64,000 nt of DNA, taken from positions 28,189-92,188 of the forward strand of contig CAZGPG010000013.1 of assembly GCA_964527735.1 (NCBI GenBank), written 5' to 3'. This stretch comes from an uncultured Chitinophagaceae bacterium (lineage in GTDB: Bacteria > Bacteroidota > Bacteroidia > Chitinophagales > Chitinophagaceae). Positions 52,079 to 62,200 of this stretch are shown piece by piece; the stretch's first letter is position 1, and each line of letters begins with the position of its first letter. Below the pieces are notes generated by a model. The model was not told the DNA's origin. It saw only the letters and a program-made list of their open reading frames with translations, and ran no database searches. A program made the position numbers and the translations under genes.

Positions 52079-54019
52079 TTATGGCGTCCTTTGTGTCCCG
52101 CCAAGGCGGTAGCCCAGTGAAAATTGTATGGAAGGAACCCGGAACAACTGATCAGAAACTTTTTTTGCCCCGCCTGTGCCGGCGTTATCCCAGAAAGTAT
52201 GTGTTAACCGGAGGTCGAGGTGCAGGTTGGGCGTAGCTTTATAGCCCACCCCCAGCAGGTACCCTATACCGAAACGTGCTCCGAGGTCGCTGAGCTGTAC
52301 AGACGGGTCTCCGCCTGTCAGGAGGGAGGGCGATTGGCTTGCCAGCAATGTATCTCTCAATACAGCGCCGGTTACGGGGATATCGATTTCCTCTGCATTC
52401 ATCCGGAAATGGTATACAAGATCTACGCCCGCCAGCATGAAGAACCGGTTCACCGAATATTTAACCATGACCGGCATATTCGCGGTGCCTATTGTGGAGA
52501 AGTTGAAATAATGGTTCAGGGAATCCCTGTCGTATACCGTATAGGAGGTGCCTCCCTGATAATAGGGAGCTACCGGATATGGTTTGCCCCGGTAGGGATC
52601 ATCTATTGTTTTTCCGTTATTGAACCGGTTAATATATTTCAACTCTGCCAGCAAACTCCATCGTTCGTTCAGTTCCAGTTCCCCGTTCAGGCCGAGTTGA
52701 ATGCCTGGTATAAACGTTCCGCCGCTGGACATAGCATTGAGCCCGCCGGTAATACCCAGATAGAAAGGCGCCTGCGAAAGCTTGAACTTCGTATTCAGGT
52801 ACATATCCTGGAAGGTCTGCCTGCTTTTCCGGGATTCACGTTTGGATTGGGCAGCGCTTGCTGTAGAGGCATCGTTGTCTGCATCTGTAGCAATGGCATT
52901 TCCCGTGGCTATGTATGCGCTGCTATTAGCCGCAGGAGCGGGAATCTTTGCCACCAGTTCCTGTTTTTCGACTATCATTTTCTCTACAGACGTGGTATCT
53001 ACAACATGGGTACGGGCACGGGACAAAGGATCAATTACCGTCCGGTAAGCCAGGTTGATCTGCTTCACAGTGTCTTTGTGGGTTACGAAATTTCCGGTGC
53101 TGCTTTTTCCGGATCCGTTATCTGCTTTTTCCGGTATGGGTCGTGTTGCGTACTGTCCGTTCCCACCACTGTTTACAATCGCTTCAGGCACTGCCTGATC
53201 CCCATGCGGGGATGGCTCATTTTCCCGTATCTGTGATAATGAAGAAACAGCTGTTGTTATGTCTGCTGCACCCTGTTGTCCCTGTGGGGACAGGGGTTGG
53301 TTGGCGGCAGTAGCAGCTTCGGTTTGCCGGCTTTTGTGCCTGGGAGATAATTGCCCGGTAGAAGTGTTTCCTGTATTCGCCTGGTGGATTGACGTCAGGT
53401 CGTCGTCATGAGCGGATACGGTTTCTGCGTATGTCTTTTTCGTTTCCTGTCGCATACCGGCCATGTCGCTATCTGCCGGAGGTGTATGCGTTGTTCCGGG
53501 TACTTCAACTGCACCGGCGTGTACATCATTTGTTGCTACCGTTGGTGCAGTGCCGCCGGGCTTCTCAGTGGGTAATGTTTGTACCCCTTTGCCGGCTACG
53601 GATCCTGCTGCCGGAGATGAAGAGGCTGTTACACTGACGCTGTTCTTATTACGCTGTGTATTTGCGGACTGCTCTCCGGTCTGCATTCCGGAACGGGTTT
53701 CGGCTGCGGTGGTAAGGTCTGTTTCTGAATGTGCAGATGTTTCCGGTGATGAGGTAATACCTGCAATTGTATTATTGTCTCCCGGACCGGAAGGGTTTTG
53801 CATAATCATATATCCGCCCGTTACCATTACGGCAAGGAGCGACAACAAAGCCATATAACCGCCGAAACGCCGCCGGTTGAAGGGCGCAGGTGTACCTGCC
53901 GGCATATTCTTATCCAGCAACTCACGCATATGCAACCATGCGCCGGGGCGTTCGTCCTCCTCTCTTCCGGAGAGCTGCCCGCGTACGAGGTCGTCTATAT
54001 GAATCATATCCTTATCCAT
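52079..54019 (-). CDS. membrane-anchored protein with a long disordered linker and a C-terminal outer-membrane beta-barrel (OMP_b-brl-like) domain; putative partner/anti-sigma of the upstream ECF sigma
   Basis: 646 aa. About 50 N-terminal residues are cytoplasmic, followed by a TM helix (FGGYMALLSLLAVMVTGGYMIM) and ~330 aa rich in S/T/A/G/Q/P. The last ~230 aa show alternating beta-strand patterns ending ..VPSIQFSLGYRLGG.. The start lies 12 nt after the sigma-factor stop. Confidence 0.7.
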   Translation of the reverse strand: MDKDMIHIDDLVRGQLSGREEDERPGAWLHMRELLDKNMPAGTPAPFNRRRFGGYMALLSLLAVMVTGGYMIMQNPSGPGDNNTIAGITSSPETSAHSETDLTTAAETRSGMQTGEQSANTQRNKNSVSVTASSSPAAGSVAGKGVQTLPTEKPGGTAPTVATNDVHAGAVEVPGTTHTPPADSDMAGMRQETKKTYAETVSAHDDDLTSIHQANTGNTSTGQLSPRHKSRQTEAATAANQPLSPQGQQGAADITTAVSSLSQIRENEPSPHGDQAVPEAIVNSGGNGQYATRPIPEKADNGSGKSSTGNFVTHKDTVKQINLAYRTVIDPLSRARTHVVDTTSVEKMIVEKQELVAKIPAPAANSSAYIATGNAIATDADNDASTASAAQSKRESRKSRQTFQDMYLNTKFKLSQAPFYLGITGGLNAMSSGGTFIPGIQLGLNGELELNERWSLLAELKYINRFNNGKTIDDPYRGKPYPVAPYYQGGTSYTVYDRDSLNHYFNFSTIGTANMPVMVKYSVNRFFMLAGVDLVYHFRMNAEEIDIPVTGAVLRDTLLASQSPSLLTGGDPSVQLSDLGARFGIGYLLGVGYKATPNLHLDLRLTHTFWDNAGTGGAKKVSDQLFRVPSIQFSLGYRLGGTQRTP

Positions 54020-54031
54020 GCCGGATAAAAT

Positions 54032-54607
54032 TTACCTTTTAAGATGCAATTGCAATTTTTCAATTTTTTCTTTCAATATCCGTCTTCCTTCCGATAAATG
54101 CCATTTGGATGTCCCTTCGCTGATACCGAGCAACTTCCCGATCTCCTTATGAGCAAATCCTTCCATTACATACATATTAAACACAGCTCTCGTAGCATCC
54201 GGTAAGGATTGAACCAGTTCAAGCAATTGATTGTAATACAGCCTGTCCGCATGATCTTTATGTATGTACTGATCTTTCTCTACCAGTACGATCTGTTCGT
54301 TGTACCGGACATTCTGCTTTACATAATCAGATATAGCATGAAACACAATCTTCCTCAGCCAGCCTTCAAAAGACCCTTGGAATGTATATTGCCGGATCTT
54401 CTGGAATGCACGCAAAAAGCCGTTATTCAATATTTCCTCTGCCTGGGCTTCCTGGTTGATATAGCGCCGCACCACAGCCATCATACGCGGGTAAAATAAC
54501 CGGTATAGCTGTTCCTGGGCACTCCGTTCGTTACGGATGCACCCACGAATGAGTTCCTCTAACTCACTGGTTTGGCTGGATACCCGATATGCCAATGACA
54601 GAGACAA
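54032..54607 (-). CDS. RNA polymerase ECF-type sigma-70 factor
   Basis: 191 aa. Region 2 is ..LYRLFYPRMMAVVRRYI.., ..FEGWLRKIVFHAISDY.. Region 4 is ..VFNMYVMEGFAHKEIGKLLGISEGTSKWHLSEGR.. The start is apparently TTG. Confidence 0.88.
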   Translation of the reverse strand: MSLSLAYRVSSQTSELEELIRGCIRNERSAQEQLYRLFYPRMMAVVRRYINQEAQAEEILNNGFLRAFQKIRQYTFQGSFEGWLRKIVFHAISDYVKQNVRYNEQIVLVEKDQYIHKDHADRLYYNQLLELVQSLPDATRAVFNMYVMEGFAHKEIGKLLGISEGTSKWHLSEGRRILKEKIEKLQLHLKR

Positions 54608-54728
54608 GTAATATGATTGACTAATTAGCTACCCATATAGACTGCTAATACAGCCTGAATGGTTGGGCAACTATTTTGAACAGGTGTAAATTAGTAACTT
54701 TTAATTAATAACCAGAGGAGATTAATGT

Positions 54729-54802
54729 TGAAATTTGAAAATGTACTAATTTGAAAATATGCGTATTTTTTATTGTGTGTATTGCTGTTCATTTTCAAAT
54801 TA
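54729..54802. repeat. family B oligomer-built hairpin, copy 4
   Basis: tgaaatttgaaaatgtactaatttgaaaat ... cattttcaaatta. The right arm overlaps the stop codon of the HAD gene. Confidence 0.65.
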
Positions 54803-55453
54803 AATAGAACGTATAACCTCCATATCCAACTCTTCCAGGCTGCGCAACTTCATGTCGGCCAGTGAAAAACGGGGATCATCAAAATGTAGTGTATCAGGAA
54901 TCGCGATCACTTTCATCCGGGCTGATTTGGCTGCAATTACACCGTTCATCGAATCTTCAAGCACCAGACATTGGTGCGGTGCTGCATTTAATTGCTGCGC
55001 TGCATAGAGAAAGACTCCGGGATGGGGTTTGCCAAATGCCACTGAATCTGCTGATATGATGCAGTCAAAATAATCCGTAAGCCCGAAGTGCGTTGTCAGT
55101 TCTTCTATCATCCTTGAAGGAGAAGACGATGCGAGGCCGATCTTAAAATCATGCTCCCGGAACATTTTCAGGGATTGTATGACGCCGGGCAATATCCGTC
55201 CGCGCTGCCTGGCCGCTGCTATGATGTCGTCCAGTATCTCATCGGCTACGTCTTCCGGAGCAGCGCCTTCCCAGGGATATTTCAATGCCCAGTAATCAGT
55301 AACTTCATATATGCGGAGGCCGGTGGTTTCACGGAATTGCTGCCGGGTTACCGATATGGCGTGTTTTTGTGCAATGCGCAGCATGCTTTCTCCCCATAGC
55401 GGCTCTGTATCGAGCAGCAGACCGTCCATGTCATAGAGTACTGTGTTGATCAA
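54800..55453 (-). CDS. HAD-IA family hydrolase (beta-phosphoglucomutase/sugar-phosphatase-like)
   Basis: N-terminal ..VLYDMDGLLLDTEP.. (DxDG motif I), ..IGLASSS.. (motif II) and ..VLEDSMNGVIAAKSA.. (motif IV). TTG start. Confidence 0.85.
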   Translation of the reverse strand: MINTVLYDMDGLLLDTEPLWGESMLRIAQKHAISVTRQQFRETTGLRIYEVTDYWALKYPWEGAAPEDVADEILDDIIAAARQRGRILPGVIQSLKMFREHDFKIGLASSSPSRMIEELTTHFGLTDYFDCIISADSVAFGKPHPGVFLYAAQQLNAAPHQCLVLEDSMNGVIAAKSARMKVIAIPDTLHFDDPRFSLADMKLRSLEELDMEVIRSI

Positions 55454-55455
55454 AT

Positions 55456-55516
55456 CAATTTGAAAATTTGAAAATGAGGGAATTTGAAAATGATGGGTAC
55501 TTTTTCAAACTTTCAG
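55456..55516. repeat. family B oligomer-built repeat, copy 5 (weak right arm)
   Basis: caatttgaaaatttgaaaatgagggaatttgaaaatg ... tttttcaaactttcag. Confidence 0.6.
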
Positions 55517-55525
55517 ACGGGTTAA

Positions 55526-56080
55526 TTAATTAAAAAGAATGACTGCGTCTGCAAACGCGGGCTGGGCCAGGTCTTTCTCCGAAATGATCGCTGCGCTGAG
55601 GTCAATCTTCCAGTCAATCTGCAGGTTTTCATCCTTATATGAAATACCGGCTTCGCTTGCTTTGTCGTACAGGTTATCGCATTTATACAGTATTTCGGCG
55701 GTATCCGTCAGTACGGAATAGCCGTGTGCGAATCCGCGGGGAATAAGGAACTGGCGTTTGTTTTCGGCAGACAATTCCACACCGAACCACTGCCCGTAAG
55801 TCTTGCTGTCTTTGCGGATATCCACTACCACATCCCAGATGGTCCCTTCGATGGTGCGTATCAGTTTGGCTTGCGGTACAGGTGGGTTCTGATAATGCAG
55901 ACCGCGCAGCACATTCTTTACCGAACGTGCCTGATTGTCTTGCACGAAAGTATTCGTAAAGCCGGTCTTTTCGGTAAACAGCTTCTGGTTGAAGCTTTCA
56001 AAAAAATACCCCCTGTCGTCATGTAATATACGCGGTTCGATGATCAGCAGGCCTTCGAATGGAGTGGTAATAACTTGCAT
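55526..56080 (-). CDS. rfbC: dTDP-4-dehydrorhamnose 3,5-epimerase
   Basis: 184 aa: ..IEPRILHDDRGYFFESFN.., ..RGLHYQ.. and ..PRGFAHGY.. Confidence 0.93.
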   Translation of the reverse strand: MQVITTPFEGLLIIEPRILHDDRGYFFESFNQKLFTEKTGFTNTFVQDNQARSVKNVLRGLHYQNPPVPQAKLIRTIEGTIWDVVVDIRKDSKTYGQWFGVELSAENKRQFLIPRGFAHGYSVLTDTAEILYKCDNLYDKASEAGISYKDENLQIDWKIDLSAAIISEKDLAQPAFADAVILFN

Positions 56081-56083
56081 GTC

Positions 56084-57220
56084 TCAGGTTAATGTCTCTA
56101 TAATGTTAAGGAATTTTTCGGTGATGAACCTCAGTTCATCTTCTGTAAACTCGGTATGGATGGGTAGTGATAACACACAGTCAGTCAGCTCGTCTGTAAC
56201 GGGCAATGCCTGTTGTCCGGTTGTGAATGCTTTCAGCATTTCCTGCCGGTGGCTGGGAACCGGGTAATAGATCATGGAGGGGATACCTTCGTCTGAAAGG
56301 CGTTTTGCCACTTCATCGCGGTTTACCCCTTTTAGCTGGAGGGTGTATTGGTGAAAGACGTGTTTGCTATAAGGCGCGCGATACGGAACGATGATGTGCG
56401 CATTGTTTTTAAAAGCCTCATCATAAAAGTCTGCTACTGTCCGGCGTGCGTTGCAGTAACTGTCGAGGTGTTTCAGCTTGATACGGAGCACGGCGGCCTG
56501 TATGGTGTCCAGCCGGCTGTTGCAGCCAACCATTTCGTGGTAGTAGCGCGTCTTCTGTCCGTGGTTGGCGATCATGCGCAGTTTTTCGGCGAGTACATCA
56601 TCACTGGTAAAGATCGCACCGCCGTCACCGTATCCTCCCAGATTTTTTGAAGGAAAGAATGAAGTGCAGCCGATCAGACCCATGCTGCCGTTCATCTTTA
56701 CAGTGCCGTCAGATAAAGTATAGGAGCCACCGATTGCCTGGGCATTATCTTCAATTACCGGCAGGTTGTGTGCTTGTGCAATAGCCAGCAATGGCTCCAT
56801 GTGCACAGACTGTCCGTACAGGTGTACCGGGATGATCGCTTTGGTTTTGGGTGTAATTGCTTTCCGGACACTATCCATATTCATGGTAAATGTATCCGGA
56901 TCTACATCGACAAATACAGGTTTCAGTCGCAGCAGGGCAATGACTTCTACAGTGGCGATATAGGTGAAAGACGGTGTAATCACTTCATCACCCGGCTCCA
57001 GGCCAAGCGCCATCAGTGCTATCTGCAGCGCGTCGGTTCCGTTGGCACAGGGGATCACATGTTTCACCCCAAGGTATTGCGTCAGCTCCTCGCTGAAATG
57101 CTTTACATCCGGACCCTGGATAAACAGCGCGCTGTCCAGTACCTGCTGTATGGCTTCGTCCACTTCTGTCTTTATTTTTTGGTACTGACGCTTCAGGTCA
57201 ACCATCTGGATGTGATGCAT
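56084..57220 (-). CDS. DegT/DnrJ/EryC1/StrS family PLP-dependent sugar aminotransferase
   Basis: 378 aa: ..CANGTDALQIALMAL.., ..IPVHLYGQ.. and ..SFFPSKNLGGYGDGGA.. (PLP-Lys region). Confidence 0.9.
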   Translation of the reverse strand: MHHIQMVDLKRQYQKIKTEVDEAIQQVLDSALFIQGPDVKHFSEELTQYLGVKHVIPCANGTDALQIALMALGLEPGDEVITPSFTYIATVEVIALLRLKPVFVDVDPDTFTMNMDSVRKAITPKTKAIIPVHLYGQSVHMEPLLAIAQAHNLPVIEDNAQAIGGSYTLSDGTVKMNGSMGLIGCTSFFPSKNLGGYGDGGAIFTSDDVLAEKLRMIANHGQKTRYYHEMVGCNSRLDTIQAAVLRIKLKHLDSYCNARRTVADFYDEAFKNNAHIIVPYRAPYSKHVFHQYTLQLKGVNRDEVAKRLSDEGIPSMIYYPVPSHRQEMLKAFTTGQQALPVTDELTDCVLSLPIHTEFTEDELRFITEKFLNIIETLT

Positions 57221-57237
57221 AGCTGTATTTTGCGGTG

Positions 57238-57245
57238 CAAATTTA
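57238..57245 (-). promoter_or_regulatory. candidate -7 box (TAAATTTG)
   Basis: On the minus strand, 17 nt upstream of ATG 57220. Confidence 0.4.
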
Positions 57246-57278
57246 CGGTTTTGTTTGCGGACATAAATGAGCTCCGTT

Positions 57279-57620
57279 TTATGATTGCTCCTGCTCCAGT
57301 GCTTCCATTGCTTTTTTGTGAAATGATTTTGCGAACTCCTTCAGCTCTTTGGCCAGTTCGCTGTTACGGGTGGCGCGTTCGTATGTGTCTGCCATGCCCG
57401 ACAATGACTGGTGGAAAAAATCATTCATTTCGTCAACCATCATTTTTTTTGTCCAGAGATCAATGCGCAGCGCTGTTTTTTCATGTCCGTCCCAAAGCCC
57501 GAGCAACAAGCCTTTAGCCTGCTGCAATTCAGGCATGCCTCCATCCGGTGCGCTCCATTCAATGGTTTCCGGCATTTTTTCTTCATCGAGGGTTATTTCG
57601 ATACTGATATTTGATTTCAT
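57279..57620 (-). CDS. gldC: gliding motility protein GldC
   Basis: The 113-aa product MKSNISIEITLDEEKMPETIEWSAPDGG...LWDGHEKTALRIDLWTKKMMVDEMNDFF.. matches GldC. I trimmed the 237-aa track ORF, whose upstream part overlaps the rluA-family gene. Confidence 0.85.
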   Translation of the reverse strand: MKSNISIEITLDEEKMPETIEWSAPDGGMPELQQAKGLLLGLWDGHEKTALRIDLWTKKMMVDEMNDFFHQSLSGMADTYERATRNSELAKELKEFAKSFHKKAMEALEQEQS

Positions 57621-57663
57621 AAGGAAGTGGTTTAAATATATTTTCAAATTAGTAACCGACCGG

Positions 57664-58380
57664 TTATGTCCATTTGCCGAGCTGGCGGATAGATGCCGCC
57701 ATGTCTTTAGGTAAAGGAGCTTCGATCGTGAGGGTTTCACCGTTTTCTTTCCCGAAGGATAGCCGTTGCGCGTGCAGTGCAAGCCGGTCGAGCAAAGGTC
57801 TTTCACTTTCTTCCTTGTCGGCAAGTTTGTATTTCCGTTTGATGGAAGAAAGATAAAAGGGCTGGCCGTCGCCGTATAAAGGATCACAGACCAAACTGTG
57901 CCCGATAGACTGCATATGTACGCGTATCTGGTGGGTACGGCCGGTATGTATCCGGAACTGCAGCAATGAATGAAGCGGCCATTGCTCCACAACAGTGTAG
58001 TCGGTAATGGCGGGTTTGCCTCTGCGGCTGGTGGCCATTTTCCCTTTCACAGAGGGGTGTGGTACAACGGGCGTTTCGATACGGCCTTCTTTTTGGATCA
58101 CATGCCCATGTACCAGACCGGTATAATACTTGCCGGCCTCATGCTCCTGAAATATGCGGGAGAGGTGTCTGTGTGTGGCTTCATTCCGGGCAAAGCAAAT
58201 GACGCCGCTGGTGTCTTTGTCGAGCCGGTGCACCACGAATATCTTCTGGCCGAAACGCTTTTCCAGCAGATGCTTCAGGCAGGGAAGATCGGCATTGAAC
58301 CGGTCGGGGATCACCAGCAGACCGGCCGGTTTGTTTATGACCATGAGGTCTTCTTCTTCGTGTAGTACTTCTATTTTCAT
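57664..58380 (-). CDS. RluA family pseudouridine synthase
   Basis: 238 aa: ..LMVINKPAGLLV.., the catalytic motif ..VHRLDKDTSGVI.. and ..HTGRTHQIRVH.. Confidence 0.92.
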   Translation of the reverse strand: MKIEVLHEEEDLMVINKPAGLLVIPDRFNADLPCLKHLLEKRFGQKIFVVHRLDKDTSGVICFARNEATHRHLSRIFQEHEAGKYYTGLVHGHVIQKEGRIETPVVPHPSVKGKMATSRRGKPAITDYTVVEQWPLHSLLQFRIHTGRTHQIRVHMQSIGHSLVCDPLYGDGQPFYLSSIKRKYKLADKEESERPLLDRLALHAQRLSFGKENGETLTIEAPLPKDMAASIRQLGKWT

Positions 58381-58400
58381 ACGTGTATGTAGTATCTATC

Positions 58401-58513
58401 ACATCCCTCTCTGTCTCCCTTCAAAGGGAGACGATTGCACCGTTACGCTTACCAGAGCTCTACGCCGGAAGTGATGTGATCGTCCCCCGTTGAAGGGGGA
58501 GTGAGGGGGATGT
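58401..58513. repeat. inverted pair of ~35-nt units, each containing its own mini-hairpin (TCYCCCTTCAANGGGRGA type)
   Basis: Unit 1 at 58401-58435 is acatccctctctgtctcccttcaaagggagacgat. The reverse complement of 58479-58513 is acatccccctcactcccccttcaacgggggacgat. 29 of 35 positions are identical by hand alignment. Confidence 0.65.
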
Positions 58514-58581
58514 TGTATTTTCTGTTTTGAATACACCTTTTTTCTGGCATTTGTAATAATGAAACAGGTACTTACTCTATA

Positions 58582-59022
58582 TTAAGATGTGGCTTTCACT
58601 TTAAAATATGTTTCGAGACACTGGTCTTCCAGCGACCGGATCTTTTTTTGCTCGGCTTTTGTTTTATCCTTAAAGCCGCATAAATGCAGCGCTCCGTGAA
58701 AGATGACACGGTGCAGCTCCTGTTCATAGCCGGTATGGAACAGAACAGCATTTTCTGCCACCCGTTCCGTACTGATATATATTTCTCCGAGCAGTACACC
58801 GGGCTCTTCGCTCAGGTCGAATGTGATAATGTCTGTAAGGGTATCATGGTCCAGAAACTGCCGGTTGATAGCAAGCAGGTAAGCGTCATTGCAGAAGATG
58901 TAATGCAGGTCTGCTTTTTTGATATCGACATGCTTTTTGAGCAGCTCATCCAGGAAGCCGGAAAGCTTTCGTTTGGATTTTAGCCCGGAGCGGACGTCTA
59001 TTTCATAAAACCTGGCAGACAC
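58582..59022 (-). CDS. ybeY: rRNA maturation RNase YbeY
   Basis: 146 aa with the zinc motif ..VIFHGALHLCGF.. GTG start. Confidence 0.9.
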   Translation of the reverse strand: MSARFYEIDVRSGLKSKRKLSGFLDELLKKHVDIKKADLHYIFCNDAYLLAINRQFLDHDTLTDIITFDLSEEPGVLLGEIYISTERVAENAVLFHTGYEQELHRVIFHGALHLCGFKDKTKAEQKKIRSLEDQCLETYFKVKATS

Positions 59023-59072
59023 GGTGTATAACTTGATTTTATTCAGCGAAGATCGGATAATTATCTCTCGTT

Positions 59073-59172
59073 TAATGTGGAGGATGTGTTTAATGTGGGG
59101 AATGTGACCAATGTGATTAATATCAATGCCTCATTAAACACATTCGTCACATTCCCCACATTTGTCACATTA
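59073..59172. repeat. family A oligomer-built hairpin, copy 3
   Basis: taatgtggaggatgtgtttaatgtggggaatgtgaccaatgtgattaat ... attaaacacattcgtcacattccccacatttgtcacatta. It lies between ybeY and secDF. Confidence 0.8.
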
Positions 59173-59227
59173 AAAGTAAAGCAGCACACGGATGTACTGC
59201 TTTACGAAATAGTTAAATGTGGGATTG

Positions 59228-62200
59228 TTATGCTTGTTTTTTCAATGCGGCAATACGTTCTTCCCGGTCTTCTTCCTGCTGCAGGCGGTCTTTTTTATCC
59301 ATGTCCACCAGGATAGGCGCTGCAACAAATATAGAAGAGTAAGTGGCGACAATAACACCGATCATCATCGCAAAGGCAAAGCCGCGTGTTACCTCACCGC
59401 CAAAAATAAACAGGATCAGTACGGTAAGGAATACAGTGGCCGAGGTCATAATAGTACGGCTGAGCGTATCGTTGATCGCCCGGTTGATCACCTGCTTTTT
59501 ATTTTCAGTTTTATCTTTTGATTTCCGGAAATATTCCCGCATACGGTCAAATACAATGATCGTATCATTGAGCGAGAAGCCGATCACGGTCAGGATTGCT
59601 GCGATGAAGTGCTGGTCTATCTCAAGGGAGAACGGCACAACATGTTTCAGGAAGGAGAAGACTGCGAGTACGAGCAGCACATCGTGCAATACTGAAATAA
59701 TGGCTCCCAGAGAGTACTGCCATTTGCGGAAGCGCAGCAGGATGTACAGGAAGATGGCTACGATCGAGATGATGGATGCTTTGAATGCGCCGGCCTTCAG
59801 ATCGTCGGAGATAGTAGGCATTACCTTTTCGGTCTTCTGAAGATATTGGGTATTGAACGTCGATTCCGTAATGGATGCGCCGAGCAGATTACCCGCTTTC
59901 AGGCCTTCGTATATTTTATGCAATACGATACTGTCTGCACCGGTACCGCCCATTTCAATCATATGCCCTGTGGTAACGATGAGATGATTATCGGCGCCGA
60001 TCGTTTTTACGACAGGTGATTCATCGCCAAGGAATGGCTTGAGCTTTTCCCGTACTTCGGATACCGTGTATTTTTCATCAAATTTGATAGTATAGCTGCG
60101 TCCGCCCGAAAATTCCACACCATAATCGAAACCGTTTATAAAGGAGCCTATACCTAATATCAGTACAATAACAGAGCCGATATAGGCATATTTACGATTT
60201 TCGATGAATTTGAAATGGGCTTTCTGGAAGACCGTTTTAGAGAGGTTTGTGAAGTAGTTGAAATGTTTTCCGCGTTTCATGTAAGTATCTGTGATGAGAC
60301 GGGATACCATAATACCGCAGAACATGGAGAGCACCAGACCAATGAAGTGGGTGGTGGCAAACCCTTTGATGGGGCCAAGTCCGTAGATGAAGAGGATTGA
60401 GGCAGTGATCAGCGAAGTGATATGGGAGTCGAGAACAGGCGCATAAGAGCGTTTGTAGCCGTCTGCCACAGCCTGTGCATGGGTTTTACCCAGGGCAAGC
60501 TCTTCCTTGATACGTTCAAAGATCAGTACGTTTGTATCTACCGCCATCCCGATCGTCAGCACCAGACCGGCAATACTGGCCATGGTAAGTGTGGCATGGA
60601 GCGAAGCGAGGATGCCAATGGTAAACAGGACATTAAGCAGCAGCGCGATATTGGCCACCATACCACCGGTATTGAAATATACCAGCATCAGCACGAAAAT
60701 GACCACAAACGAAATGATCAGCGAGTTCATACCAGCAGCGATGTTTTCAGCACCGAGTGTCGGGCCTACAACCTGCTCCTGTACGATACGCGCCGGGGCA
60801 GGCAGCTTACCCGATTTGAGGATGTCTGCAAGCTGGGTGGCATCTTCTGTGGTAAAGCGTCCGCTGATGGAAGTCCGTCCGCCTGCGATCTCATCATTTA
60901 CGATCGGGCAGGAGTATACTTTATCGTCGAGTGTGACGGCTACATAGCGTCCTTTGTTTTTTGCGGTCATTTTACGCCATATCTGCGCACCGGCCATATC
61001 CATTTCAAGACTTACTTCCGGTTCTCCGCTAAGCGGGTTAAAGTCCATACGCGCCTCTGTGACCCGGTCTCCTTCAAGCGGTGCTCCACCGCCCGGCGCC
61101 AGCTTGATGGCATATAATACCAGCGGGGCATTGGCATTCCGCTTTTCCGAACGGGATTCTGCGCCGAATACAAACTTTACATTGTGCGGAAATTTACTTC
61201 TGACCACATCCAGATTGATATAACGGTTGAACGCGGCCGTATCTTTTTTGGCTACCAGACCCACAACCGGGCCGGGAACCACTTGCCCCTGCTGGGTAAT
61301 ATTGGGATTCCATACACTCAGCAGCGGGATCTTTTTCAATTCTTCGGCGGCCTGGCCAGATGTGCCTTCAGTATCTGCGCCCGTATCCGCTCCGCGTGCC
61401 AGCAGGTTGCTCAGGCTGGCGGTATCAGACGTATTCTCGGAGATGTCTGTTACGGATGCTGTAGCTGGCTGATCTGCCTTTGCAGAATCGGTTGTACCGG
61501 TTTCTTCGCCGGCCAGGTATGCAGCCAATGCATCGTTGGCAGGCTGGAGGAACTGGATGATCTCTTCGTTGGTGTATGTTTCAAAGAACTGAAGCTTGGC
61601 AGTTGACTGCAGATATTCTCGTACCCGTTCCGGATTGCGTACACCGGCCAGCTCCACAGTGATGATACCCCGGCCTTCATCGAGCGTTACGTTCGGCTGG
61701 GCTACACCAAATTTATCAATACGTGTCTGGAGTACATTATAAGTCCGTTTGATCGCTCCGCTTGCTTCGCCCCGGATCTTACTGATCACCTGTTCGTTGG
61801 TCGAGGTAAGCGTTATGTCTTTCTCAGACGGCTTGGTAAACAGGTATGCGATCTTTTCGTTCGGGTAAAGTTGTATGAACGACTGACCGAACAACGTCAC
61901 AAAATCTGCCTGGCTGTTTACCTTCCGGCGGTTAGCTTCTTCGATCGCTTTATTCAGCCTTATATCTTTCGGATTATTGGACATAGACCGGATAAGGTCG
62001 TCCAGGCTTACTTCAAGCGTCACGTTCATGCCGCCCTGGAGGTCAAGCCCCAGGTTCATTTCCTGTTCTTTGGCCTCCTGGAATGTAAATTTTGTGAAAA
62101 GCAGATTGTATACGGTTTCACCGAGCAGGCTGTCAGTTATGGCTTCATAACGGGATTCAATCAGTTCATTCAGATCTGCCGCATTTGCGCCGGGGTTTTC

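Noticed and set aside
52220-53236. 338-aa plus-strand ORF
   Set aside because: It is antisense to the 646-aa sigma-associated beta-barrel gene. The minus-strand frame has a coherent TM/linker/barrel architecture and operon context.
57621-57992. 124-codon N-terminal extension of the gldC ORF
   Set aside because: It overlaps the 3' part of the rluA-family gene in another frame. GldC is a ~110-aa protein and the match begins at ATG 57620.
60422-61117. 231-aa plus-strand ORF (with several others at 59343-62269)
   Set aside because: It is antisense to secDF.
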